From the human T2T-CHM13v2.0 reference genome, Homo sapiens: a DNA stretch of 64,000 nt. Below, in pieces: positions 29,011-43,793 of the stretch (position 1 is its first letter; each line of letters begins with the position of its first letter). The notes under the pieces are model-generated. The model saw only the letters and a program-made list of their open reading frames with translations, was not told where the DNA came from and did not search any database. The stretch is taken from the NCBI RefSeq assembly GCF_009914755.1, contig NC_060927.1. One strand, given 5' to 3'. The position numbers and the translations under genes are program-made.

Positions 29011-32000
29011 TTTTTTTAAATTGTGGTTTAAAAATAACATAAAATTTGCCATCTTAACCATTCTTAAATGTACAATATAGTAGTGTTCACTATATGCACA
29101 TTGTTGGTCAATGGAGTCCTAGAAAATTTTCATCTTGCAAAACTTAAACTCAATGCCTACTGAATAACTCTCCTTTTTCCCCTGACCCAGCCACTAAAAA
29201 CCACCATTCTACTTAGTTTCTAAGAGTCTGACTATGTTAGCTAAGAGTTTGACTATGTTAGGTACCTCATATGAGTGGAACATACAGAATTTATCTTTTT
29301 GTGATTGGCTTATTTCACCTACCATAATGTCTTCAAGAGTAATTCATGTGACAGAATTTTTTTATTTTTTAAGCCTGAATAATATTCCATTATATATGTA
29401 TACACATATATGCAAATATATCATTGAGATGCTAATTTCAATTCTTTTGGATATATACTCAGAGTGAGATTGCTAGATGGTGTGGTAATTGTATTTTTAA
29501 TTTTTATGAAGAACCACCATACTGTTTCCAAGAATGTAAAATGAATGCACCATTTTACATTCTTACCAACAATGTACAAGGGTTTCAATTTCTCCCCATC
29601 ATTGTCATACTTGTTATTTTCTGTTGGTCTATTTTTTTTATAACGGTCCTCCTAAAGGGTGTGAAGTGATAACTCATTGTGGGTTTGATTTGCATATCCC
29701 TGATAATTAGGGATGTTAAGAATCTTTACATATTTTTGTTGGCCATTTACCTATATTCTTAATGTCTATTCAAGTCCTTTGTCTATTTTTTAACTAGGGT
29801 ATTTGTTATTTTATTGCTCAGTTATAGAAGTTGTTTATATATTCTAGATATTAATACCATATCAGACATATGGTTTGCAAATATTTTCTCCCATTCCTTA
29901 CACTGACTGTTCATGTTGTTGATTATTTCCTTTGTTGCCCAGAAGGTTTTAAGTTTGACCTGGTCTCATCTATCTATTTTTGTGCTTTTTTTGCCTATGC
30001 TTTTGGTGTCACATCCAAGAAATTATTGTTAAATTCAATGTTATGAAGATTCTCCCGTGTTTCCTTTTACGAATTTTGTATTTTTAGGTCTTATGTTTAG
30101 ATCTTTAATCCATTTTGAGTTAACTCTTGTATATTGTGTAGGGTAAAGGTCCAGTTCATTCTTTTGCATATGAATATTCAATTTTCCCAATAGCATTTGT
30201 TGAAGAGACTATCCTTTCCCCACTGTGTATTCTTGGAAGCTTTGTCAAAGGTTATTTGACCATATATAAAAAATTTTTTTCTGGGGTCTTTATTTTGTTC
30301 CATTGGTCTATATGTCTGTTTTTATGCACGTGCCATACTGTTTTGATTACTGTGTCTTTCTAATATGTTTTGTATTATAAAGTGTGAGGCTTCTAGCTTT
30401 GTTTTTATTTCTCAAAATTGTTGTGGCTATTTAGATTTCTTTGGTATTTCATATTAATTGTAGTATTTTTTCTATTTCTACAAAAATGGAAATTTAAATT
30501 TTGATAGGGATTATTTTGAATATGTAGATTACTTTGGAGAGTGTGGATATTTCAACAATATTAAGTCTTTCACTCTATGAACATGAAATTTTTTCCCATT
30601 TATGTGTGACTTTTTAAATTTCTTTCAGCATTGTTTTCTAGTTTTCAGTGTACAAATCTTTTGCCTCTTTGGTTAAGTTTATCTCTAAGTGTTTTATTCT
30701 TTTTGATGCTATTGAATTTTTTTAATTTTTGCAGATTATTATTACTATATACAAACAGAATTAATTTTTTGCATTTTGGTTTTGTACCCTATAACTTTGC
30801 AAATGTGTTTATTACTTCTGACAGTTTTGGGGTTTTCTGAAATTTTTAGGATTTTCTACATATAAGATCATGTCACTGACAAACAGAACTTGGTTCTGTG
30901 TTTTAGTTTCTATTTCTTTGTTAATGTTCTAATTTTGTTCATGTATCATTTTCTTGATTGTTTAGCTTTCTGTCTGTATCCTCTGATACTTCATTCAGCT
31001 TCTTTAAAACAATTATTTTGAATTGTTTGTCAGGTAATTGATACATCATCTTTTCTTTCAGGTGGGTTTTTGAGATTTATTTTGTTCTTTCGGTTGGGTC
31101 ATTTTTACCTATTTCTTTGTACGTGGTATTATTTTCTGGAATTTGTGCACTTGAAAAAACAGCCACCTCTCTCAATTTTCATGGTCTGGATTCTTATAGG
31201 GAAAACCCTTCACCAATCATCTTGATTAGAGAGCCTGAGGGTCTCTCAAGCTTTTTCTGGGAATCATGCATATAATTTCCCAATGGGAGAAGTTTCTTGT
31301 TTTATCAGGAACTTGTAAATTCTTGCTCCCTCTTGTGTATATCTGCAGTACTGCAAGTGCTCTGGTGCAACAAGCCCCTGAACTCTTGTCAGTGGCCCTG
31401 AGGCATCCAAAGTAGTTCAGTCCCATCAGTACCCCAAGTCAGGTGGGACAGAACCAGTCCACCAGGCAATCCCTGAAAAGACATAATGTTGGACACACAT
31501 TTCACTCTTCACTTTCCAACCCAAGGGAGAAGCCACAGCTGGATATTCTCTTCTGATTGTGCCAAGCTGTGTTGGCATCTCTTTGGCATCTCTTTGTGGT
31601 ACTGCAGCTTCTCTGGTACTGCAGCAAGCCACCAAGCTCTCTCTTTTTCTCAGTGACCTCCACACATCCTAGGTTTGGTCTCCCAATCAGACGAGACAGA
31701 AACTAGTTAGCACTCCCCATTAACATTCCCAATTAGACGAGACAGAAACTAGTTTCTCAGGTAGTCCCCCAAACGCTAGAATGTTAGACATATGTCTACT
31801 TCTACTTCCTTCCCAAGGAAGAAACTGTTAGTTGGGTGTCTACTTCCAATTGTGCTGAGCTGTACTTACTTGAGGGAAGGCTTACCATGGGTAAAATAAA
31901 ATGCATTCTCTTCCCATTTCCATGTTGCTATTCTTACCTTAGAGCTCACCTGGGGGTACTGAGACTTTTTACTTGGTTTCTAGAGTTCTCCTAAGGGCTT

Positions 32001-32090
32001 TAAGGCTTTTGGACCATGTGTTGTTAAGCCAGAATTTTTGTGAAGGTATAAGGTCTGGAACTTCCTATTCTACCATCTTGCTGACATCAC
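29011..32090 (-). mobile_element. L1MB-like element with both ends and a large internal deletion
   Basis: 3'UTR AAAATTTGCCATCTTAACCATT..TTTTCATCTTGCAAAAC; ORF2 to ~30888; ORF1 start and 5'UTR follow; 5' terminus (reverse complement) GTGATGTCAGCAAGATGGTAGAATAG. Confidence 0.85.
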
Positions 32091-32929
32091 TATCATTGTA
32101 TTTCCTAGTTTCATTTTTGTTTGAAAAATTTTAATAAGTATCATCTGCATACTAGTCCTAGGCTAAGTGTAGTAGAGCAAAGATAAATAACTTAGTGTTA
32201 GGATATTCATCATGGAATTCTATTGGTTTCTAAATTTTCTCAGGGGCAATTTGATTCTAGAATGACTACTAAGTCTTACACATATTTTTAAATTTAATTT
32301 ATTTTTTAAATGTATAGTTACGATCTCCCTTAATTTACAGCTAGGTGTTCATTGTTTTTCAAATCTAAAATTTTAGAAGAAAAAAGATTTATAATAATTC
32401 CTAATAAAATAAATACAAAATACCATACATCATAACGTCAAACGATTTTATCTAATTTCTAATAACTTAAGCACTTTACATGTGTTATTACATAAACAAA
32501 CTGAATTAGCAACAAGGTCACAGTAATGTTTTGTAGAGAAATCATGCATATTTCATCTGAATTGGGATTCCATTCTTATCAATTATTATATTTGATATTG
32601 TTAGATACAATTCTGGTACTATGCAATATGATATTAATAACAACTAAATTAATATAACTAAATAAGAAAATTTATATTTACATGGCCAGACACCTTCACC
32701 ATCTGGTACTTTGTAATCAGTGGAAATAACATACCTATTGTTCTTTCATTTCAAAGTAATCATCGTAGAGCAGAATTTTATTCGGGGAAGGAATTGTTGT
32801 TCATTTGTTGTTTTTGTCTGGTTTTGCCAGTTCCTGATTGCGATTTGATTTTTATGCCTTGTAATGGATACCTCTTGATGAAACTGCCTAGAGGCTCTCC
32901 TATTTGATGTTCCTCCTACCCAATCTTTG

Positions 32930-33345
32930 TGTAGTCATGTCATGGTTGTTCACTGGGCAGAATCAAATGAACAAAAAATAAACACCTAATCTAACCTGGA
33001 CTTTCTCTATCTTGTAAGAATGTGTAACTGGAACTAAGAGACATTAATTTTAGACTTTAGGTTTATAATATGTAAGTTTATAACCCAGTTAAAAACAATA
33101 TTAATCATATGAACTAAGAAGCACAGCATATTGATTTTCCAATAATTAAAAGTAAAATACATGAGGAAAAAAGGAAGCCAGACAAAGATTTGAGATAAAA
33201 AGCTTTGGGGGTTTCCAAATCCTTTATGAAGTCAACCTTTATTTCCACACTTGGGGTCTGTGAAGCCTCCCAGTAGCCTTATAATTATTTATTTTCTTTT
33301 TATTCAATGTAGGTCAAGTTGATTTCTGCTAAACTTAATTAACTC
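32930..33345 (+). mobile_element. Possible old ERVL LTR (LTR33/LTR16-like)
   Basis: Weak resemblance only; the 3' end GTAGGTCAAGTTGATTTCTGCTAAACTT is like ERVL LTR ends. Confidence 0.35.
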
Positions 33346-35393
33346 TTTGTATGCAAGTAATACTTCACTTTGAATAAGCATATTATCTATTCCAAGTGAA
33401 TAAGCTAGATATTATGTAAACAGAAATAGTAAGTTTCAAATCGTCACTTTGATGTAAATAATGAATTCACCCTTTCTGGAAATCAGTTTATGCCTAGAAG
33501 GAAGTTAGTTCCAGGTAAGATCAAACCCAGTAATTTTTATAATAAAAATAACCTATAGTAACTTATTCAATTCTCGGTGGACTCCATCAACACAGTGCTG
33601 TTGGTGGAATCACCAATCTCCCCTGCTGACCATAGGCTGATCATAATATCACATAGAAAAGTATACTATTTAACTCAAGCAATGTTATGAACAGAACAGT
33701 TCTTGGTTGATTGTTCCATACACAGAGAGACCTTATCTTCCAGATATTAAAGGTCCTCTACCTAAATATGTTCCTCGAAATGAAACTTCAGCTCAAGTGA
33801 AAATTAACGATTCGTTAATAACATTGCCCAAAATGCAAGCTATCTTGCACTGTTCAGTGCCAGTCCTGCTTTTAACTGTAAGTTTCATAGGAAGAATATA
33901 ACTCATCAGTTTGAGGAATTTCTCCCTCCCAGTAATTTAAAGGCTCCCCTACAGCTGGGGATGGAGCAGAGTAGGAAAGATTAGCTGTCATGAGATGAAA
34001 ATTAGACTTTTTCTTCTCACAGTGCTAACGTCAGTGGCTTTCCTTGCTGGCAAAAACCTTTTCAACCTTATGATTAATTTTTATGTTTTAAGCAAAATGA
34101 TCATAGTATGATGTCTTTTTTAATTGCTAGGTTAGATTTTGTCTTCAAACAAATCAAATTCCATTTAATAATAAATCAACTGGTCACTGGCTAGTTGCTT
34201 TCAGAATGACCAGTGTCTGTCAGTGTAATCAATCCATGTTACCTTACTTCATGCTTCAACTAAAGGACAAAGTTTTCTACTTTACCCAATCCAAAACAGG
34301 GTTTACTAAAGATTTTTCTATTACCAGCCAAAATCATCCTGATCCACTTCACCTCCCACTGCTTTCCCTTTTTCTGTTTACCCATCTTAGACTTCCCACT
34401 TCCTGCTCCCAAAATATTATGAGTATTACAACAAATACTGTCTGTTTGAGTGATCTTTCTATAGTCCCTGGTCTTCTTTAAGGAAAGTCAATATATAAAG
34501 CTCATAAAAATAGTTTAAAATAAAACGTACTTAGATGTAATAAACAAAGACTTTCATTGACTATAGAACTATGAAGCTAAAAACCTTTGCTTTGTGTTTA
34601 TAAATCAAATTTTGGTTGGCACGGTGGCAGTATTTCTTGAATTCTATGCACACTTTTAATCGTTAAGCAGTGTGACCAAATGGCTTTTTTCTAGCATGTT
34701 TCCTGAATAAGGTGTCAATCAAACTGAAGGAAAATGTTTAATCTATGACATGGTCTATGGCCAGTTCAAGTTGACTTAATTTATCATCTTCTTAAGCTGG
34801 AGCTTTTAAATGTAGCCTAAGGACACAGTCCTAAGTTGTATAGCCCATATGGTGAAAGTATGGTTCTACTGCTATTAATATGTCATTGTTCATATCTTGT
34901 TGCAAAAGTAGCAGAACATAGAACATCTACAAACATAAAAGCACTGTTCTTGAGGAAATTCAGTTAGTCATCAGTTGTGTAAATGTGCAATTTGTTTTTA
35001 CTATATAAACCTTGAAATGAGCCACACCCCAAAGGGTGCATCAAACCATCTGAAAGATAATGTACGGGTAAAAAATTCTACTGTGTGATTTTTCTTTTGA
35101 AATATCAGTTTAAAGATGTATATCAAGATGCATGCTTTAATCAGAATTTTAGATATCTGCATGACATTTAGAAAATATTTATGTAAATCTCATAATAATT
35201 ACTGCCTGGAAATCAATTGAAAATGGACATTTATTTTCTGTGACATAGGGAAATTAAAGGAAATCTGGTGATCTGTAAATCTATTTCCTTCACCCAAATA
35301 GAACATCCCTCACAGTGTGCCAGCAAAGTTGATACATTTATTAAAGTGTTTCATGAAAAATAATATTCCATTGTCCAAGCCCATCATGTAGAG

Positions 35394-35575
35394 CAGTGCT
35401 TCTCAAATTTTAACATGCCTCAGAATAATCAGCAGGGTGATTCATAGATTGCTAAGCAACACCCTAGAGTTTCTTATTCAGTAGATCTTGGGCAAAAGCA
35501 AAGAATGAGCATTTTTAACAGGTTCTGAAGTAATGCTGGTGCTACTGTGCTGATGCTGGGACCACACTTTGAGGA
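35394..35575. mobile_element. MER5A (hAT-Charlie)
   Basis: CAGTGCTTCTCAAATTTT..CCCTAGAGTTTCTTATTCAGTAGATCT..GCATTTTTAACAGGTTC..GGGACCACACTTTGAG. Confidence 0.88.
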
Positions 35576-38299
35576 TTAAAGTTATAGGTAATAAATGAAA
35601 CATCTAAGCTTAGCTGGTCCATATGCCTTGACATTTATCCCTATAAAATGGTCAAATACTAGGGAAAAAAAGTAACAGGAAAAAACGTTTTTCCATAAAC
35701 TATCTTCCTATAAATCCATTCTAGAAATCTCATTGAGTCTGTAAAAGCAATACAGAAATTTCTAGTTAATGGTTTATAATATGGAGAATTGAGTTAAAAC
35801 TGAATCATTTTGCAAAAAATATTTGTTTTCTAACAAGTCTTTTCTTCATCCTTCCCAGCAGAGTAATTAAATATCTTTAAACTTTCTCTTTAATCTGTAA
35901 AGAATCCTCTAATTCCTAACACATGATGTAACTCCAGGAAAAAAAAATTGAGAAAGTGAGTTAAGTGCTTAGAAGGAAAATTCAATCATATGCAGTTCTC
36001 AGCTATAGTAGAGATAAAATATTTATATTTCTTAATTACTCTAATTTTTTCAAAGAATGGAGATTTTTATGTATGCATACAATTTGACAATTTGAATTTT
36101 TATTCCTCACCCCATTGCCTTAAGGTCAAGTGAATATGTCTTTATTTTCATATGGTTTTTATCTTCTCCTGCAGATCCTGAAGGAGCTTTTAAGCATGCA
36201 GCCACTCTAAGCTCCCTGCCATCCAACTGGGAAGATACGAGCCAGACAGTCAATGGCCCTAAAGAGGGGAGTCTTGCTCAGCCTGGTGCACATCAGTTGG
36301 AGTGATAGTGTGTCCTATAAACAATAAGGGGAATTACTCCTGAGGGGAAAATAAGAAAAAGAAACCTAAGTAGATGTTTATACCAAAAATTAGTTATTTT
36401 ATGGTAAGTGTTCTAAAGTCTCAGCTAGTAGGCATGAAGCCTTCACTAACTTGAGTGGCGATGTTTCTGATTTTGTGGTCATTTCAACTGAAGATGGTCT
36501 TGCATTTGTCTCTGTATTATCACTGAGGCAAAACTTTTCTTAGCAAATTAGTGGTACAACTAAAATTATAGGAGAAATTTGTAAACAACTTAAAACATTT
36601 GCTTAAACCCTCCCTACAGTATCACACATGTATCCATTTATAATCAACTCACAAATAATTCTTAGCCATCTATACTGACATGTCTTCTAAGGATTCCAAC
36701 TAAGCCTTCTTAAAATTATAGTAAGTATGTTAGAATTTTGGAATGACATGAATTTTAAAAGAGTATATAATTCTGGTTGTTTTCTCCCAAGTTAGGCTAA
36801 GTTTCTCCCATGTTAGGCTAAGTTACCTAAGTTTCACTGTAAGAGCTACACAACAGAATCACAAATAAATTTCATTTTCCACTACCTCAACCTATTCTTA
36901 TTGATACCTTCTTTGCTAGCATGAATGTCTTCAAGATGACTGTTTTCATTACCCTAACTAATATTTAGTTCATACTATCAGTGTTTCTTTTCTTGCAATA
37001 CTATGAATGCTTCTTGGCTTTTTAGTAAATACAATGCAATTCAATGTGCATTTCTTTTTCATGAAAGTTTTCAAAATTTTTTGTTATAATTTTAATGTTT
37101 TATAACCAGTACCATAGTTATATATTATTTTAATTTAAAGAAAAACTTGAAATTCTATATTCTTAAAAAATATTGGACTTAAATACCCAAATTTTCATGA
37201 CAAGAAAGAAGAACTGAAAATTATGAAGGATGCTGGCAGTACTTACTTAGTGTTAAGACTAGAGCTATAGTGGTGTCATTGTGAGAATGACTGACCTGAA
37301 ACAACTAGCACTTTGAAAACCATATTCTAAACTAGTTTCATCCTCCATGTAGCACAGGTCACTTCAAAATTAGCATGTGATCTGTCCCATAAGTGTTGGC
37401 CTTACAAACAGAAAACCCAATGGTGTGTTTGTTTCATCCACTCTTCACCATAAGTAAAATGAGAACACATTCATCAATGTGCAAGTATTTCTAAATATTA
37501 TATACACATGAAACTACAGACAAATTGCATGTACTGTTCACATGTTTAGATCTTCACTCTGTTTGTGACTGTTTTTAATCTTAACTATCCCCTGTGTCAC
37601 AACAGACTACATGTCTAAAATGAGTAAGCTATTTTCTCTTGTAAATATATAAACATAAAACCTATGTGATGCTTAATAAATACTTCATCAACAATTTCTA
37701 GGCATACTTTAAGAATTATGAGAACTATCTCAGACTATTTAGAAAAAAAGTTCAAATGTCTATGAATCCTTCTTTTACATCAGGAATAGGAGGATTTTTA
37801 ATTATATACTCTTTTTGGAGAAAAGTAGAGCTGGACATTTATGAGGAGACAATAAATGTAGTCTCTATAGAACTAAATTCTGTAATTATTAGAATAAAGA
37901 AATATTCATGAGTATTATATTCTTCCTTTTAACTTATAGAAAATAAATCTAATAAATATTCATAATTTTGAAGATCATATTATTATGTTACTCTAGAAGA
38001 CTCACTACATTAACCTAAATGTTGATTCATATGTTTATAAGTTATGCTATTAAATAAAATAACTGACATTTTTTTCTTTTTAAAAAATCAAAATAATGAT
38101 ATAAAAATGAAATCTCCTTAACACTGCCTACAGAGGCCATATAAAGAACAATATCTACTGATGAGACTAGAAAAATATCAAATACTGTTTTTTCAACCTT
38201 GATGAGGAATAAACAGGATATTGGAGTGCCCAAATAGCAAAACTGATCTAACTTTAATCTTTTCTGTTGAAAAAAATTTAGTTCATTTCCTGCTTTTAT

Positions 38300-38423
38300 T
38301 AACCTTTACTAATTTACTGAATATTAAATTTGTGAAGGCAGTGGCTATATTAATTCATCTTTTTATTCCCAGTCTATAAAACAATACCATTTACACAGAT
38401 ATTCAACAGATGTTTGTCAAATT
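38300..38423 (+). mobile_element. L2 3' end fragment
   Basis: TGTGAAGGCAG..TTCATCTTTTTATTCCCAG..ACACAGATATTCAACAGATGTTTG. Confidence 0.6.
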
Positions 38424-40060
38424 GTAATCCTCATAAAGATCAGATTAAACAAAAAATTAGTAGAAAGTAAATAAACAGGCAAGATGCATATCAGTATAGT
38501 CTCAATCAGGTACTAAGATGGCATTGTTAAAATCTATGAACAAAACACAAAATTAACACTTTTGTTGGGCTTTTAAGCTCACAATGACCTTGTCGAACTG
38601 CATATTATTGGGAATTATCTTTTATCACCATACAGTTCTCTCATTTCTTGTAATGTTTTTCCATTCCATATTTAGTTGAAACCAGTATGTCACTACTAAA
38701 ATCAAAAGGTAAAGCATTGACCTTTACATGGTTAGAGATTTAAATAATATTCTTCTATAAGTATCTATTAGACAAGATTTACTTCATGCTATTTTCAATC
38801 AACTGTACAGACAGGCAGTATGTATATGAAATAAATTCCTCTATTCAAGCTAACAAAAAATATCTCATCTACATTTTGTTTATCCATGGAAAGAAACTGA
38901 GCATGTCCTCTGCAGTTTTACTACAGGTCATCTGAAGGGCAGCCCATGGATTCCTCTGATCCATGCAGACTTCCCAAGGGCCAAAGAACAAGGCCCGTTT
39001 GATCCAGCACCTGCTGTGAGCCCATCACTTGGATACTTTTGCTGCAAATTTTTACCAGACTGAACAGAGTAATATGTAAAGGGGGAAAAAAGCTCAAAGA
39101 GCAACAGGAAAATCAGCAGGAAATCAACAAAAAATATTATTAAGAGCACTGATCAATCATCTCAGCATTATTTTGCCCAATATGGTTGCACTTGCAATAG
39201 ACCAGCAATTGGCTCCAGGACTGGTAAGTGTTCTTCACGTGTTTTATAGCTTAAAAGATCTCTGCTTGCTTCTTACATATGATCCAGGTACATAGCAAGA
39301 AATAACCATATTTACTAATCTTTCACTTCAAAACAGAGAATATTGTAAGCAACTGAAACTTGCACTTAGTAGAATAGTATCAGAGATTGAAAAGCAATTA
39401 TAAGACAATTTTTTCTATCACTAGCACAGTAAGCAATTCAGTATTCCATAAGAGAGAGAAAAGAAGATCTATATTTCTAAATGTAGTTAAGAAATGGCTT
39501 TGGAGTTGGGGTTTATGAGTCAAATCTCATAGGAGAGATCAATCAAAAGTGAAACAAAGTCTAAGGTTGTTCTAATGTCCTTAGATTGATAGAAATCTGT
39601 ACAAAATTATATTCTACCAACTTTTATAAATAACACCCAAATTTAAATAACTGCAAGTATAAAGATGATAAAGAGCAAAATCCTTGAGTAATTTTCAATT
39701 TATCTGTCTTAAGATGCAAGCTGCCTGACTCAGCTACAACAAAACCAATATGCACATACTGGAAAACTAGAAGCACCATCTGAAACAGAAGAGTAGAAAA
39801 TGCCACAAGTAACTTCAAATACATTAACTACTCTTCTAGTCTTCTCAGATACATTTATCAAATTGGGTTTGCCAGTATTTATCTTCTGAACCATCAGAAA
39901 ATACCTCAGCAAAGGCAACATCTCTAAGAACTCACAGTCTATGAAAGACTTAAGGCATATACACAAAGAGCAGTACAAGGAAGAATACTTGTGAGCACAT
40001 TACTGCTGAACAAGGCAGCTTATAGAAGAAACAGTATTCGAGCTGGACCTTGAAGGGTGA

Positions 40061-40551
<491 letters not shown>

Positions 40552-40764
40552 GATGCTATTTTCATATTGAAGAGTTATATTAATTTAATAATGTCTTGGC
40601 CTGGCATTCTTGAATATGCACAACCTCATTCCAACCTTTATTTTATCATATTACACAATACTTCCTGAAAGGGATAGGATAAAAGCTTTACTACTATTTC
40701 CATAATTTCAGGGGACATACCCATGACGTACACCAGTCAGAATTATCTTTATCACATCTTTGCT

Positions 40765-40993
40765 AATTAAACTTATATGCATCCTGAAGATCCAGTTTAA
40801 TATCACCTCTTCCTGGAAGCCCAGACAGCAATTATCACTTCCTCATTTATACTCCTTATACATTTTTGTCTTTATAATTGTTCATTTCTTATATTAGATC
40901 TTTTGAAAATTAGGAACTAGATCTTTAATATATGGTTTTTTCCAAGGTGCCTCAATCTTACACATAGTAGTCACATAATAAATATTTTGATGT
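40765..40993 (+). mobile_element. L2 3' end fragment
   Basis: ATCCTGAAGATCCAGTTTAATATCACCTCTTCCTGGAAGCC..CACATAGTAG..AATAAATATTT. Confidence 0.7.
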
Positions 40994-41145
40994 AATTTGT
41001 TCTAAAGTCCATATTACTATTTTTTAACACTTAAATTCCAAAGAAGATGTTATCTATGTTTAACAAAATAAAATAAAATCAGAAAAAAAATTCACAATAT
41101 TTTTATTAGCCAAAACAAATATTTCAGAAATATTTTGGGAGAGGG

Positions 41146-41398
41146 TTCAACTTTTATTTTAGAATCAGGGGGTGCATGTTCTGGTTATTACAAAGAGGCA
41201 TATTGTGTGGTACTGAGGTTTTGAGTAGGAATGAATTCATCACCCAGGTAGTGAGCATAATCCTCAACAGGTAATTCTTCAACCCTTCCCCACTCCCTAC
41301 CACCCCTCTCTTAAATTTTTCAGCGTCTGTTGTTCCTGTTTTTATGTACATGTGTAGATGAACATAAATGTGTAAATGTTTAGTTTGCATTTACAAGA
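41146..41398 (-). mobile_element. L1 3' end (L1PA16/L1PB-like)
   Basis: TTCAACTTTTATTTTAGAATCAGGGGGTGCATG..CATCACCCAGGTAGTGAGCATA. Confidence 0.85.
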
Positions 41399-42464
41399 AT
41401 ATATCACAAATAATAAAACTTAAATCTCTGTCACTCTCAAAATTCATCCATGTAGAACAGAAATCTCTTATTGAAAACTGCATGATAAAATATCAATATC
41501 TTTCTTGGATCTTATATAAAACTACATCTTCAAATAAAAAATAAAATATAGTCCTCGTAATTCGTTACTTTGGGGGCAAATAAAAATTATCCCTGGAAAC
41601 AAAAACAAAATCCAATATTCATAGTAGAAGAAGCATTACTCTATAACCAGCTGTCACTCAACCCAGTCAAAGAGACTGACCACTGCTTGGTCAAATATCA
41701 TTTTATCACCAATATCTAGTTAAACAGCTTTTCTTGCTATAAAATTCAGATATAATTCTATGTTACATTTAAGGTCTAAAGGCTTTGTGCATGAAAAAGA
41801 ACAAAATTATAAACCTAATTCACAAAACTGTTCTGTATATGTAAATTAAACTAATAAAAACTAATAATCAACACTAAAATATATAAATCACATCAATAAT
41901 TCAGCACATCAACTTCTTTTAAAGGCTTCAAGCTATTTTAAAATAGAAAAAAATAAATTATCACAATTATCCTAAAACTTATTGTTACACTTGGGTTTAA
42001 ACTACCATTAAAATATTGGCATTGTAGATCTAACTTATTTTTTGGTACCTTTATACTTATATTTAGGCTGCACAATAATCAAAAAACACCCAAAAGGAAA
42101 AAGATAACATTACAGCTTATACAGCTTATTGGTTGGGACATGGAGATGGAGTGAGGCTTTCAAGATGATTCAGCCCTATGCCAATATTCTCCAATGATTC
42201 AGCCCTACGCCAATATTTTCCAAGCCAGACCTTTTTTTTGTTTTTGTTTTTTGTATAAGTCTAGGTTCATTTTCTAGGCCAATAGTATGTTTCCAGTTCT
42301 CTTTCAAAGAATTTTCAGGTTTTTAATATTTTGATGCCTTTTCCAAAATGATGTGTTCTTTGGTATTGACTCAATATCACTTTATTAGTAGTATGTTTAT
42401 TTAATTTATAAGTGTCAAAATTAGTAAAAATTTAGTTTTAAGCTTCTCTTCAAAAAGCCCTGTT

Positions 42465-42466
<2 letters not shown>

Positions 42467-42515
<49 letters not shown>
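42467..42515 (+). repeat. (CA)n microsatellite, about 22 units
   Basis: Directly visible. Confidence 0.98.
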
Positions 42516-43793
42516 AGCAAAAACAAACAAACAAAAATTCTGGTTACTTTGAATGGAGAAGAATTATAGATCAAAATCTGGGTTCTAGATGAAATTAACT
42601 TTGTTCCAAACAATTTCTAGAGGGAGAGTAGATAATTACTTTGGGAACAGGTCTGAAAATTTTATTTATTTTTAAGGCCATGAGCTCACAATGATAGGTA
42701 TGAGTTAGTGTTAGCATCACTAAACGATTTTTTCTTTAATAAAAATATTTTCATTTGCCTTTTCTACAATATACTTCAAATTTTAACCAATCACCAAAAC
42801 TATAATTGTATCCTCTTTTCTTTTACAATTCTATGTGTTGCATGGACCATAATTCTTTAGCCATTTTATTAACATCACTAACTTTTTTGAGAAAGCATGC
42901 CTAATTGTATGACCAAATGAACTAAATTTGATATCATTATAGCACTGATTTGTACTTTCGTTGAAGCCTCTGCTACGACGAATTTTTTTGGACATTATTT
43001 TTCTTAATTAGCTTCCTGCTGACACAATACAAGGCTGCTTGCTCCCTAATCTATCTTCTCCATTGTCCTATCTTTCCCTCTTATCTACATCTTCAATTGG
43101 CCACTAATTCACTTCCTCTCAAGAAAAGAGCTACACAAATATTTTTACATTTTTTCTGAATTATGTAACATTAATTCTATATTACTTGTAAGATACAAAT
43201 CATTCACATATAGAAAATGTTATATATTTTTTTCTAGGTCTAGTTCACTAGTTTCCAGCACAATGTTAAGATTGCACTGCCACTTAGCCACAACTAGTGA
43301 CTTATTGGTGTATGGAAAAAGTGCCCAGTGCAATCTCATGGCCTCAACATTAATAATACCCTAAATTTTTAATACTTATAATCTCCAGGTGCACTGAAAA
43401 TATAAATTTGCCTAAAGGAGTGAAGACATACCTAAACTTCTCTCAAGATTGGAAAAATATTCTTTTCAATTTGAAAAATAGCATATACTTGGCTAGCCAA
43501 TATATGTATACATACTAGACAATCACATGTATAATGAACTTTCCTGTTAGATGAAAGTGAAATTTTATTGACCCTGACAATGCAGCAATTTATAAGATAA
43601 AAATTACAAGCCAATCCAATATTCAATGATAATTTTATTAAATAGTTGTATTTCAAAAAATCATCAAATAGAATTCACAAATTCTTCCAAATACATGTTG
43701 TAAAGATCATGGTCACCTTTATTCAACTGTTGATTTTGTTTGGTTAACTCAGGAAATAATCAGATGAAATTATTGGCTCAACCATTAACCTTC

